From the NCBI RefSeq assembly GCF_009914755.1, contig NC_060934.1: a stretch of DNA of 64,000 nucleotides; one strand, written 5' to 3'. The notes beneath the pieces were generated by a model. The model searched no databases, was not told the origin of the DNA, and worked only from the letters and a program-made list of their open reading frames with translations. Shown one piece after another: positions 23,684-36,770 of this stretch (position 1 is its first letter; the number at the start of each line of letters is the position of its first letter). The position numbers and the translations under genes are program-made. The DNA is from the human T2T-CHM13v2.0 reference genome, Homo sapiens.

Positions 23684-26309
23684 CTTCTATGATATCCCAA
23701 GTTCACTTTGAAGCCTCAAAATCAGCCATGACACAAAACAGCTCAACAGGGCCTATTTGTTTAAGAGCTGACTTGATCCAGACACCTCATGGTCTAGGGC
23801 CAGGCCATAACTAAGTGGGCCTGAAGTGTGGGTACATTTCCACTCTCAGCCTTGCCCCAAGAGAAGCACCCATCCTCCATGCCCCAGTAGACTTCACAGT
23901 GGATGCTTTTATCATTTGTTTGAAAGCTGGGCTGAGCAGGATCCACACTGAGAACCCTTATGATGGTAAATGACACAAAGCCCCCCACTGAGTAGACATA
24001 AGTCATATGACCACTGTGGACACTTCCCAGCTCCATCTCTAGGCCATGTGATAGCCCTTTGACCTCAAAAAACTCGAGAGCTTGTGTTTGATGCAAGTTT
24101 CAATCTCCAACTAGGCTCATCTAGTCCCGTTATTATTATCTAATATTTTTAACGTGAAAAGAGGTCGTGTTATAAAGAATAGGAGGAGTTCAGATCCTGG
24201 TATTGTGCTACTCATTCAGAGAAGCTCAGTACACAGAGGCTAGTCTGGCTCTCAAAGTGTCTTCCAGGAAATGTCACCCACAAGCCCCGTCTGTGTGTAC
24301 ACCAAACTCAAGGGTTCCATGGGCAAAGACCTTTTCAGGGAGACAGTCACAGTGCACACTCATCAAATAGCCACGTTGCCAATGCCGGCTCCCTGCCTAT
24401 CAAGAAGCACCCACCTGGAAGTCTTTGCAAGTGAAGCAGTGAGGTTGGGTGAGATCCAGGCTTGCCTTATGCCTCCAGCCTGCAGCTGAGGTCCAGGGAG
24501 GTTCAATCCCTGTGCTCAATGGGGCAGGAGTCAGCACCTTCAGGACTGCACCCCCTACTTGTTGCAAGTCACATGTAAACTGAACTTACAAATTCCAGGC
24601 TGAGATTTCTTAAACCAAAAGTTTGCAACTTTTGGTTACTTAGCAATTGTTTGTGACCTATAAGATAATTGACAAAATGTTTTTCCAAAAATAAAATATG
24701 TCCATCAACTGACTTGAGTTCTGTGTCTCTTTTTATCTTCAAGTTTCCACTCCATTTGGATAGATTCTGTCACCCGGCCACATTATTTCAGGGGAGATTT
24801 TCTCTTGTAAATGAATATGACTCTGCAGTCAACATTTGGGTGTGAACCCTGTGTTTCTGCTCACACTGTCTCTATCCCACCACCACAATGACATTAGTAA
24901 AATGCAAGCAAAATTTTAATAATACTGAGGAGGCTACAGAGAGCCTAAAGAGAAACTCTTCCAAAGTACATGTGGTCTAATTTATAAGACGCTGCTTATC
25001 TTGCCTTCCAAAATAATATAGCAAACTGACAGCACAGAGGAGATTATCTGCACGCCCGGGGAGCAGGAGCGAGGGTCAATTTGTCACAATGGACGTCACT
25101 GCCACAGTGAGCTCTTCTTCAATTAATGTCCACATTCAGGAGAAACCTTGTTATCTAAATGCTGTTGTTAATTATTCCTGGACAACAGCTTGGGAGGAGA
25201 CTTGCCTGGGACTCCCACCAATTGCAGAACTAGGGAACCACCTGCAGGGGACTGGAGCCATCAGGAGGGAGATGGTGCCAGCAAGCTTGGTAGGAGCCTG
25301 TATTTAAATAAAATCTGCTCATATCCAAGGTAAGTGCAATCTGGCAAGTGATATTATCTTGGCCTCTACAAGGGGAAGAGAAGGCAACTGTGGAAGCAGA
25401 AGTGTAATTGTCAAGAAATTGCCCGGCTAATGGACCCTGTGATTTGGGGCCTTGAATGTCCCTGCAGTGCTCTGACAGTTGCTTGACGTGAAGCTGTGAT
25501 TTCGTAGGCGGCACGCTCATGGAATCCCTGCCCATTTGTTCCTGCACGGACATTTGCTAGGTATTTGCAAATCTTTTCTTTTGCAACTTTGCCATGAAAA
25601 TCATTATGTTTTGAGTTTCATAATTTCGCAAGTGCGTTGCATAACTAGAAAAGGCTAGCCATGGATTCTCCTTTTTCCCATCATTTTCACAATTTTATTC
25701 CATGCCCTGGAGTCAGGGTTCTGACAGGGCGTGCTAAGGTCAGAGTCAGAAGCTGAGCGGAACTCTCAGAGCTGGACGGCGAGCTGCACGGTGAGTAGAA
25801 AGCTGACTCACACTTTCCACTTACATTTTGAATAAACATGTTTGAAATCTCTGAAAGTTAACCAAGAGGTGGAGCTGAAACTATGAACATACACATGCAG
25901 CTGCAATGGCCACATATCAAACATCCGATGATGTGTGCAGCGTGATCTCTGAGGTGGATTAAATTGCGTCTGCTACGCTCATGGCCAGGGGTGCAGCAAT
26001 GCCAATTCACCTTCCCAAAAACCCACTCTCTTCGCACGTTCTGCCTCTTTCTTGATTGTTTATTGACTCTTATTTTCCTAGGAAAATTTTAACCCTAAAT
26101 TTCCAGACAGCCTGTAAGTTAGCAAGAGTAACAGGGACAGAGCTAAACAGCCTACTGCAGTCCTAACCCCCCTCCCCACTCACAGCTGCGGCAGGTGGAA
26201 TTCCACACCCCCGTCATGTGAAGGAAAAGGCATCTTGCTGGGGCTGTGTAAGAAAGCAAAGAATGTCAGGTAATTCTAGGAGCTGACCCACTAGCGTTTC
26301 TCATGTCCC

Positions 26310-26415
26310 CGCTCATTTAATCCCTGCAACAGTCTATGAGCTGGATACGGTTATTATCCCCACTTTGCAGGCAAGTGAGGTAGAGGCATGGACAGCAGAA
26401 GTGACTTGCCCGGGG
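26310..26415 (-). mobile_element. MIR fragment
   Basis: ctcatttaatccctgcaacagtctatgag...ttattatccccactttgcaggcaagtgagg...aagtgacttgccc. Confidence 0.75.
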
Positions 26416-27743
26416 GAACGCAAGGAGCATGGGGAAGGCCGGGGGTCCCTGTGCACACGCTCGACCACCACGCTATGGTGTTGCCCTAAAAAACCAGTGT
26501 CACCCCGTGACCAGATGGTGCCACACAGGCCCAGGCTCTTGGTACAAAGAACTGGGCAAGACACACATAGATAGCACAGCAAGGCAGGGCCAGTGTATGA
26601 AGCACAGTGTCCCCCTCTCGGAGCGGGGAGTGGACTGACCTCTCCAAGATGAGAACCGCATCCGTTTGGTGTAGTTTGGGTCCTTTTAAGCGTTTTTATT
26701 TTTCCTTCTCTTTCCAAAGCTGCCTAATCTCTAGCCGTGTCTGCCCTTTCTTGATGGGGTGGGTGTTCTGCTTAGTTACTTTGGCCCCTTTGTGCTTGTG
26801 AGTCACCTCCATCCCATAATTCTAAGTACCTGCACGGTTCGCAGCCCCTGTGCATGAACCTTAGGTAGCCGATTTTCATATGGGGTGATGAGAAGGATAC
26901 TTTTTCTCTGTAAGGCGCATGCCCATCTCTGAAGAGCTGCCGCTGACTGATTTGGCCGGGATCCTGCCGGCCACGGGGTCCTTGCTCACTTTTGAATCTC
27001 ACCTTTGTTTTAGCTGCCGAACCTCTGCTTTCTGTCTTTCTTCTTGCTCACCTGTCCCTCCACTTTGCCTCTGTTTTCTGCTTTAACTCACTCTGCCCTT
27101 TATCCAACTTTGAATTTTCCTGCCTCATTTTCCCTTTTCTCCTGCTTCAACCCAGTTACTAGTTTTGTTACAGTGTCCTGGTCCCCAGGCAGAAATCTCC
27201 CTCCTGGGTGGGTGTGGCTGCTGGTGGATGGTGGGTCTTCTCCAGGTGAGGGCGTGGGGACTGCTGAGCCTGACCAAAGCAGCTGGCTCGGTGGGGAGCC
27301 AGGGTCCAACCCGTTCTTGGAGCCTCCCTGGAAGGAGCAGAATGTGCCCCTCGAGAGTCCGGCCCTGTGTCCCAGGCTCCCTGCTCTGCTGCTGTGACCC
27401 CTGCATGTCATCCCTTCCTCTGATGTCTCCACCCCCAACTGTCCCTTCAAGCAATGGCCTGCACATTACTGCTTTGATTGCTTATTTTGCCTGTAACTTA
27501 AAGCAAAGAAAGAAGTAACCCCCTTCTTCACTCCAAAGAGTAAATGTAAACTTCAAAACCTCTGCAGGATTCTCACGTCTTTTGTAAGGCAAGCCTGTCG
27601 TGGCAGTAGATGCTTCTCTGTAGTAAGTGCACAGTCCTGCTCCTCAGCGCAAGTCAGATACACCTACCCTCACACCGCCTCTTGCATTTGCAAGAAAAAA
27701 TGCAAACAAACTATTCAAATGTTATCATAGAAAACATTTGCAA

Positions 27744-28064
27744 GGCTGGGCATGGTGGCTTATGCCTTACAAGTATTTCCCAGCATCTTGGGAGGCTGAA
27801 GCAGGAGGGTTACTTGAGCCCAGGAGTTTGAGGCCAGACTAGGCAACATGGTGAGACCCTGTCTCTACAAAAATATTTTTTAAAAATTAGCCAGGCATGA
27901 TGGTGCATACCTGTAGTCCCAGCTACTTAGGAGGCTGGAGTGGGAGAATCACTTGAGCCTAGGAGATCAAAGGTGCAGTGAGCTGAGATTGCATCACTGC
28001 ACGTCAGCCTGGGCAACAGAGCAAGATCCTGTCAAAAAAAAAAAAAAAAGAAAGAAAAGAAAAA
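27744..28064 (+). mobile_element. Full-length AluJ
   Basis: Dimeric Alu with cttgagcccaggagtttgag (J diagnostic) and A tail. Confidence 0.93.
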
Positions 28065-28157
28065 TTTGCTTAATTATTAATATTGACGTACAACAGGCAT
28101 GCAGGTGAAATGTGGCTGCGGGTAGAGGAAGCACGCCATAAGCCAACACTAACCTTC

Positions 28158-28745
28158 TGTTAGAAATGCTTGTTCTCCGGTGCTATAAAGAAACAGCACT
28201 TGAACATAAATTTAATTTCCTCAGCAAGGCCATTTTTACTTTCTGCAGAAAGGGTACACTTGCCAGCAGTTTTGCCATGAGAGTACACCGAACAAAGGAG
28301 GCAGGGTCATTTATAACCTCATGCGTCCATCCTACTGCTGTGTCCGGTTTCCATTGGCTGGAACGGGACTTCACATTCGGTATTTGTCCCGACTGGCTAG
28401 CAACTTAGAACTTTTAAAAGAGGTGAAGGTACAGGAGAACAAAGGAAGGAGGAAATAACTTGTGGAATGCTGAGAAAGGTAAAAATGCTTTTAAATAAGG
28501 AAGAGGAACCGGCTATGACCTAATGCTTGCTTGGACCAGTATAAGCATGCCAGGGTGAATATTTAAGCTACATTGTGGGAGCTAAAATCATAAAGTACAT
28601 TGATTTTTTTATTGCAGCCAATAGATATTTAAGAATGTTAGCACATGTCTTTGAATAAATTTTGCTTCTAAGATAAGTTACTATTTATCCCTAATTGGAT
28701 GGGGAGGAAAGTCTTTGAAGAGGAAGCTCTTCTTTACTTTCTACA
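28158..28745 (-). mobile_element. ERV1 solo LTR, LTR10-family-like
   Basis: 588 bp with TG...CA termini; 4-bp TSD cttc at 28154-28157 and 28746-28749; - strand begins tgtagaaagtaaagaagagcttcctcttcaaag like recalled LTR10C; subfamily uncertain. Confidence 0.8.
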
Positions 28746-29775
28746 CTTCTTTCAACACACTCTTTGCAGAGCCATCTCAACCCAGCCTCCAAATCCTATT
28801 CCTCCAGTTTAATAGCCGACACTGATGGTATAATAAATTGATGAAGTCTACATGAAAGAAAAGCTCTCATTCCCAAATGCAAACTTTAACTCTGACCTAG
28901 AGTGAACTCAGCTTCCATTTCTCATGTTGTACTGAAAGATTATCTTTCTAAAAGGCCATGTGTTCTATGGACGGAGAGTCCACCCAGCGTTGATCAGGAT
29001 CTGAAGACTCTCCCCAGAAAGATCAGGATTTTAGGGGGAAAGAGGCTTTAAGAGTAGTCAGGCCTCCCGAGGAGGAGCACATGTCTGTCTGTGAGTGAAC
29101 CATCTGCCAGGAGAAGGCCAGAGAGCACAGCTTCCAGCCCAGCAGCTTCCAATGGGATTCGGAAAGCTGATGAGATGCAGAAGCAGTGAGGATGGCCAGA
29201 GGGGATAAGCGAGAACAAATGGTGATTCCAAAGAAACACACCATTCAGCATGCCCCTTGGTGTACATGCAGTTCTGGCATGTGGGTTCCCCGGCACCAGT
29301 GGGCGTTTAAAAGCAGAGGATACCCTGTTTTCTAGAACCAAGAGGAAATTCTCAGTGATTCTGGTTGGCACAGAAGGGAGGGGGCAGTGCGTGTGAGGGT
29401 GGGATTCACAGCTGTTGGCTGGGCTTCCTCTCCTTCCAGACACGGTCCTGAGTGCTGAGATGAACAAGACATGGCCTCCGCCCTCAGGACCTCAGTCCTC
29501 CAGGCCCAGCAGAAAGCAGGACAATGGTTCATGCAGGGAGACAGCTTAAGCAGGGCCCTCCTAGCCAGCCCCAACCTGAGTGGGGAGGGTGCCTGTGGCA
29601 GTGCAAAGGGGAGGGTGGAGGGAGAGGCTGGGGAGCGCAGCACCACTCCACCAACAGTAAAGGGCTTGCCTGGGCCACCGCGGAGGCGGCTGAGGTCAGA
29701 GCCCTGCAGGTGATGCCACAGCAATCCCTCATGGAAGTGACACTTGGTGTCAACCTCAAGGAGCCTTCCCTCCCT

Positions 29776-30220
29776 GTGTCAGCTTGATTGGGCCCCTGGA
29801 TTCCCAGGCATTTGGTCAAACATTATTCTGAGTGTGTGGGTGAGGGTATTTGGGATGAAACTAACATTTTGAATGGGTGGGGTGAATTAAGTAGATTGCC
29901 CCCTCCCATTGGTGAATGAGGCAGGCGGGCCTCATTCATCAGCTGAAGGCCTGAATAAAACGAACGCTGACTGTCTCCCAGATAAGAGAGAATTCTTTCT
30001 TCCTGCCAGCCTTTGAAGGGAGACATCAGCTTTTTTCCTGCCTTCAGACTCAGACGAAAACACCGGCTCTTCCTTGGTCTTGAGCCTGCCGGGCTTCAAA
30101 CTGGAAGCTACACCAGCAGCTCTCCCGGGTCTCCAGCCTGCCGACTCACCTTGGATATTGTGGGACTTGTCAGTGTCCATCCCCTTGTAAGTCCCTCCCT
30201 TACAGCAAATATGTACATCC
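29776..30220 (+). mobile_element. MLT2 (ERVL) LTR
   Basis: gtgtcagcttgattggg...atttggtcaaacattattctg...gaaggcctgaataaaac...ttgtgggacttgtcag. Confidence 0.85.
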
Positions 30221-30308
30221 TATAGTCGCCCCTCAGACTGGTCAGTGTCCGTGGTCTTGTGAGCCCATCCCTTACAGCAAATATGTACATCCTATAGTCG
30301 CCCCTCAG
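30164..30308. repeat. 72-bp tandem duplication across the MLT2/MER2 junction
   Basis: Units at 30164 and 30236, both ending cccttacagcaaatatgtacatcctatagtcgcccctcag. Confidence 0.92.
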
Positions 30309-30626
30309 GATCCCTGGGGGGTTTGCTCCAAGACCTCTCACAGATATCGAAATCCACAGATGCCCAAGTCCCTGGTCTAAGATTTTGTAGTGTTTGCATG
30401 CAACATAAGACATCCTCAGGGTACTTCACATCATCTCTGGATTACGTAGAATACCTAATACAATGCGCATGCTATGTAAATAGTTGTTATAATTTATTGT
30501 TTAGGGAAGAACAAGCAAAACAAGCCTCTGCATGTTCAGAACAGATGCCATTTTTTTTCCAGTGGTTTCTGATGAGAGGGCGGTGAATTCATGGATGCAG
30601 AACCCATGGATATGGAGGGCCAGCTG
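30295..30626. mobile_element. MER2 (TcMar-Tigger MITE), full length
   Basis: TIRs tagtcgcccctc ... ggagggccagctg; internal catcatctctggattac...atacctaatacaatg matches MER2. Confidence 0.85.
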
Positions 30627-33600
30627 CATATCCACGCATGAACCCCAGCGGCTGCGTAACCACCTCAGAGGGCATTTTCATTCAGGTTCTTCATGAACAA
30701 CATATGCATGCGGTCCTGACTTGAAAGAGGGCCCAGTGATGGTTTAAATGCTTTACCTGTATGCTTAGGAACCAGTCATAAATGTTATATCTTATCTGAA
30801 AATAGAACCTAGAAAACTAAAGAAGCGATCTTCTCACTGCAGAACTCACGTCCAGATGTCAGATAAGTCTGGGAATGGGACAGATAGGGAAGTGCACCAG
30901 GAGCCTGCAGGCCCTTGGAAAGGACCAGGGATTGTGGGGGCCATGGAGGGTGGTGCAGGGGTCATGATTCTGCAGAAAGGGTGGCACATGGAAGCCAGCG
31001 AGCTGTGACCTCAGTGTGATGGGGATTCACGCCCCAGCAGGTTCCTTGTGGATCCCTTGCACCGAGCCACGTCCTGTGAGATCATTTCCTGTCATATCCT
31101 ATCCATGCGTCCACTCATTCACGCACCCTGTGGAGTAATGTGGATTCAAACCCTTTCCTGATTGGTTTCTTTGGCACTCTCCCACCTCTCTGTGAAAATT
31201 CCTCAAAGCTCCCAGGCCATGTGTAGTGTTTGCGATCGCTTAGAAATCTGGAGACAGACAGTTCAGCCACAGGTAATTCCTGTATATCGAGTCACTCTTA
31301 ATATTGATGCCAGCCTGTTAATGATTCTCTAAATCCATATTCAACTCTTCAGCCGAAAAGCGGGCAGAGGTGTGAAATGAGGGGCTCCCTCCTAGCTCTA
31401 AATGTCGCTCACAGGGCGGGGTGGCCGTTGTTACTCTAGTTAACACGGGGCAGGTGTGAGGAGACTTGCTGCATATTCTGTCATCAACAGGAGAACTGGC
31501 TCCCTTGTTATGAGGATGAAATAATGACATTGTAGTGGAGTGAGTCCTAGAAATACGTCATTGACTGCCAGAGGAAAAGCTTCAGCATTAATTGCATCAA
31601 AATGGAAGGTACTTAAAAACTGAACAATGTGAAATTACGTGGAGAAAATCAGCCTTAAACAGCTTCCCAGAGGTTGAACTGTGTGGATGTCGAGCAGCTG
31701 TTACCCCAGGTCGGGGGCTGAGAAGGCACTGGGATAGGAGGCAGGGGATGGGGCGGTTGACCAGACGGCCCCCAACTCTGCGCGTGTTTCAGGATCTTCT
31801 GGGCTCTGGATGTAGCATCTTAACATGGGGATGGGGTGGGGTGTCCGCGACACTGCAGACACTGCAGACACAGCCACCCACCAGCGGAGGACCAGCTGCA
31901 GGGGAGCCATGGGGACCGGTGTGCTGAGGCCTGGGGCGGCAGAGAGTGCCCCAGGGCAGCCCAGCCTGGGCTTGGAGACCTTGCCCTCCTTCCCCTCTGT
32001 GGGTGGTGCTGGGCGGGCCATGGGTGGAGAACATGGTGTGGAAAGCCCCCCCTCCCCGGAACAGGGCACACCTTCCCCTCAGGGTCCACGTGTGGATTCA
32101 CTGCAGCCGGGGCCACAGAGATGAGGACGGCCCGTCGTCCCTCCTGCCGGGCCGTGGGACTCCCCCACCAGCAGCTTACACACAGAGTTTGTCGAAACAT
32201 ACAAAGGAAAGGAGAATGTGGGAGGGGAAGGGAGCCGCAGCCACGTCCCGCCTGCCCTTTGAAAGACTGGTTTGAAAGCGTCTCGCACCAGGCTCCGTCC
32301 GCGCCCCCTTCGGAGTGGCCTCTGGATGGGAGTCTTGCTGCCCAGAATCCGGCTTCTAGGAAGCCTCCCATCGTCCTCAAGTCACCGCATCAAAACAGAT
32401 GGGTCTGCTCCAGTGTCTGTGATCCCTGACCTTGGATTGACCAGGAAAGTGACCTCCAAAAATCCTCCGGCATTTTCAGTTTCTAGATCAAAAGGGCTGC
32501 GGGTTCCAACCTACCAAGGGCAGCAAAGGTGGCTCACGTTTCAAACAGAAAGACACAAACCATCTGGAGAGCAGCTTCTGAGACCTGAGCATGAAAAGCG
32601 CTCATTTAAAACCGAGCGCTTCCTAATTTCACCGTTTTCAGCTCAGCTCTCGGGCCATGACCGCGCCACCGCTGCTTTGGGTAGAGAATAGCTCATTCCA
32701 GACCCTTCTGGGCCCCATAGAGCAGGGCCTGGCTTAGTGACTCAGAACTTTGAACTCTACCTGAACAATTTGTGAACAATTTCTCAGCGAGGAAAGAGGA
32801 GCAATGTCCCTCTGTGGGTCTCTCGCATCTCTGTGCTGGCGGCACGGGAGGGGGCAGTCACACCGTGCTGTGCACTTCACCTCCAAAATTCATCACTAGG
32901 GAAAGAAAGCAAAGGACAGATCCAATCAGCAGGGGCGGGTGGTGGGGGAGGCTGGCATGGGGTAGCACAGGCCATGGGGACAAGCTGCCCACAGCAGCAT
33001 GGCTGGAGGAAGCCCCCCAGCAGGGCTGCCAGAGCCTGGTCCTGAGCATCTCCCCCACCAGCCATCCTGGGGCGAGGCCTCCCCTCCACAGCCCTGGCCT
33101 CACTGAGCCTGGCCCACCGCAAGGGTGACTTGTAGCCCCCCGGGGACTCCCGGGCTGACTCCAAACTCCAGCGATGGGGCGGAACAGCAGGACCTCATCA
33201 CCAGGAGAGCATGGCTGATCCTGGGGGAAGCCTGAGAGTTTAGAAAATAACCATTCTGCCCACTCACCCAATATTGCACTAATGGGGTCTTGCCCAGGCT
33301 CAGGGGCTCCCATAGGCACAGAGCACGGTGGGAGTGACCCTCCCACCCACCTAGACACCCCTCTTGAGGGGCTCCCCCAGGCAGGGAGGCATCTGCTTTA
33401 GCTCTTATTCTGGCACCAGCAGAGAAGAGCTGGGAGCCATGCCATCAGCCAGGACATGCCTTCGCTCTCAGCCACTGCCTGCATCTGGCACCAAAGCTCT
33501 CCATGCTCTTCTCAGTCCCCACAGGGCCTCCCTCCAATCCGGGGTAATGGCCTGGGGTGTGTGCATGAAGGGGTCTGTAATGTCCCCTGTGAGCCAACCT

Positions 33601-34583
33601 GTGCCAGTGATCAGATGCCACAGGGAAGTTAAACTCAATCACGGCCATGCCAGCTGGTAATTCACCAGGGAACACCGGCTCCATTTACTGGGATGCAGAA
33701 ACAGAGCAGACAAATGGAGATGGTGGCTTCAGAATTTCACATTAATGTGAGGGGTTGTAAATACTAAATAATATTGATGACTTGGTCTAAATTCAGATTT
33801 TCTTCCTGGAAGCAGCAATAAATCACATGAAAATATTTCATACATTGGAAGTCTGATTTGTGAGGAGCATCTGAATAGATATAAATGTCACTCCTTCGAG
33901 GAGTGGAGGAGTTTAGTCTCCCCATGTGTGTGGCTCTGGGTCAGGTTCTGTGAGGATGCAGAGGACGGGGGTCAAGGTGTGGTCCCTGAGGAGACCCCCG
34001 GATTATGGGTCGGGAGACACAGGTGGGCAGCGAGTCTCCATCCTCTGAGGCCTGGTAGGCCGGGGGCACTCCGGGCCTAGAGTGGCTGACCAGAGGATGT
34101 GCGAGAACATGGGTTCCCCAGAGCTGCACGTAAGCTCAGCAGAGATGGAAGGATGTGCCTTTTCTGGCAAGACAAATAGGGACCCCCCCAATTGTGTGCA
34201 CTGAGCACCCTCTGCCGGGAGCAGTTCCCAAAGTCCACCTGCATCGTCTCATGCACCCTCTGCTCCCTGTGGGGAGGCAGCGCTGTCTGTTTGTACAGGG
34301 GAGGACACGGAGAACCAGGACAGGTAAGGCCCAGGTGACGAACAGCCTAGTTCTATGCACCTGTAAGAAGGAAGTGGGGAGAACAGGTGTGTAGACAGGG
34401 TCCCTCCAGCCTGGACCTCACTCTCCCTCTGGAATCACACCCTCTTTCTTAGCAAGACCTCGGGAGGAATCCTCCTGGGCATGTGGGGAGTGGTCTGCGG
34501 AAGGGCCTGTGAATCAGCCAACGTGTGCCAAAAAGGACTTGGGTTAAGGCTGAAAGAAGTTGAGTTGGTTGTGCGGTAGCTTA

Positions 34584-34744
34584 AATGGTCAGCTGAGGAC
34601 CCTGCTTGATGGAAGAGTCACCTTGAATGGTCAGCTGAGGACCCTGCTTGATGGAAGAGTCACCTTGAATGGTCAGCTGAGGACCCTGCTTGGTGGAAGA
34701 GTCACCTTGAATGGTCAGCTGAGGTCCCTGCTTGGTGGAAGTCA
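34584..34744. repeat. 42-bp minisatellite, ~3.8 copies
   Basis: aatggtcagctgaggaccctgcttgatggaagagtcaccttg at 34584, 34626, 34668 and 34710. Confidence 0.97.
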
Positions 34745-34773
34745 TGGATATTTGGGAATACAAAGAGCAGATA

Positions 34774-35395
34774 CAGTTGATGCCTGTTATTCGTGGATTC
34801 CACGTCTGCGAATTTAACTGCTTGCTAAAGTCGATACTCGTGGTACTTTCGCAGTCACTAACGAACGTGTGCAGAGAGGTGACAGCATCCATGCGGCCAC
34901 AGGCACGTTCCCGCTGAGGTTGGCAGGCTGGCTGTCTTGGCTCCGTCTTCTCCTCTCAGCCCCGCACCGTAAACGCGCATCCTTTGCGCAGTCTGTTTAG
35001 CAGGTCACGTTTTGCATTTTTATGGATTTTGTTGGTGTATTCACTGCTTCATGGAGCACAGAGCCGGAGTCCTGTGCAGTGTTCCTAAAGGCAGGATGCC
35101 TGTGACGTGCCATCAGGAGGAACTGCGTGTGTTAGAGAAGTCCTGCCAAGGATGAGCCACTGTGCTGCTGGCCACGAGTCCAGGGTTAAAGAATCAGCAA
35201 TGTGTACTTAATAAGATGCCTTAAACTTCTACATATAACACAAGGTCATGCACTGATTGGTTGGCAGAAAGTGGTCAGAAGCTTGTAGGAGCCTACTCCT
35301 CTATTTCCCCTAGGAGCAAGGCCTCAGTACTCACGAATTCAATGTTCACAGTGACTTTACAGGACATAGCTGTGGTGAATAATGAGAATCCCCTG
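34774..35395. mobile_element. MER82-like TcMar-Tigger element
   Basis: TA|cagttgatgcctgttattcgtggattcc ... gaataatgagaatcccctg|TA; internal sequence matches recalled MER82. Confidence 0.8.
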
Positions 35396-35494
35396 TAGCT
35401 GGAAAAAGAGCTTTCTCCCAAGGGGAAGTCCATTCCTAGCAGGTCAGGAGAGAGCACCCTGGTCTGAGACCTGCCATGGCCACAGCCTCTGCCA

Positions 35495-35740
35495 GTTCAA
35501 TTCTTGAAGGCCTGCTCTGTGCCAGGGCTGGGCCAAGCTCTTTCTCTGTATCTTCTCTTAACCATCAGAACAACCCAAAAAGCTGTGTCATTTCTCATTT
35601 ACACAGGAGGGGACTGAAACCAGAAATGAGGTGACTGTGGCCAAGGCTGCAGGACTAACAAATGGCCACCAAGGGTGGAAACCCAGGCAGCCCGAGGCCT
35701 CCCATGCCCAGGCCCCAGTGTTCAGTGACTCCTGCCTGCA
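35495..35740 (-). mobile_element. MIR
   Basis: tgtgccagggctggg...tctcatttacacaggaggggactgaaaccagaaatgaggtgact. Confidence 0.6.
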
Positions 35741-36485
35741 CTCCCACAGGGTCCCGGAAGTTCCCCCACTCAGCGGCATCTCTGCATGTGTCGGGAGAAG
35801 GACGGGACATGTGGACGTCATGACCGCAGAGCACCGTGAGCCGTCCTTGGGAGCAGAGCACCACTTAGGGTTTGGGTAGAAGGTTGAGGGTGCACCCACC
35901 TGGAGAGAGCCTGGATGGGCACCTTCCTGCAGGTTACATGTGTGGACAGGTGTCCTCGGAGGCGAGCCACCTCTGCCTGGGGACAGCCTCGCTGGTATTT
36001 TAAGGCCAGACAGGCTTTGTGAGTGGCACCAAGGAGGGAGCACACCCTCCTGGTCACTGTGCTCTTTGCACCTGTGTGGGGGACATTCCAGCAAATGAGT
36101 ACCTGGCGAGGGGACCAGCACTCAGCAGTGAGGTCTTGTCTCCAAGTGCAAGGAGGGGCTGCCCAAGCAGCCCAGGGCATTCCATGGCTCCATGGGGGCA
36201 GGGAGACGATGGACATTGAGCCACGGAAGGTGGGCGTCACCTCTCATGAGCAAAGGGGGAGCCCAGGAAGAGACGAGGAGCCAGGAGCTGCAGTTGCCTG
36301 AGCCACAAGCCTCAGACATCCCAGGCAACGGCACAGCCCCAGCCCCACCATGAGCCTGAGCTGTCCTGGGACCTCTAGGGCCAATGACAGAGCCTCTCTG
36401 TGCCTCGACTTCTCTACCAAGAAAGGTTGACAGGAGTGCGCTTGTGGGGAAGTCGTGAGAATCAAAATGAGGTGACAGAAACACA

Positions 36486-36770
36486 CTGAGTGCAGTGGCC
36501 CACACCTGTAGTCCCAGCATTTTGGGAGGCCAAGGCAGGTGAATCACTTGAGCTCAGGAGTTCAAGACCAGCCTGGGCAATGTGAAGTAATGCTGTCTCT
36601 ACCAAAAATATAAAACTTAGCCAGGCACGGTGGTGCGCACCTGTGGTCCCAGCTACTCTGGGGCCCAGGAAGTTGAGGCCCCAGTGAGCCATAATCTCAC
36701 TACTGCATTCCAGCCTGGGTGACAGAGTGAGACCATATCTCAAAAAAAAAAAAAAAAGAAAGAAAGAAAG
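36486..36770 (+). mobile_element. AluJ with small right-arm deletion
   Basis: Alu dimer, cttgagctcaggagttcaag, A/GAAA tail. Confidence 0.92.
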
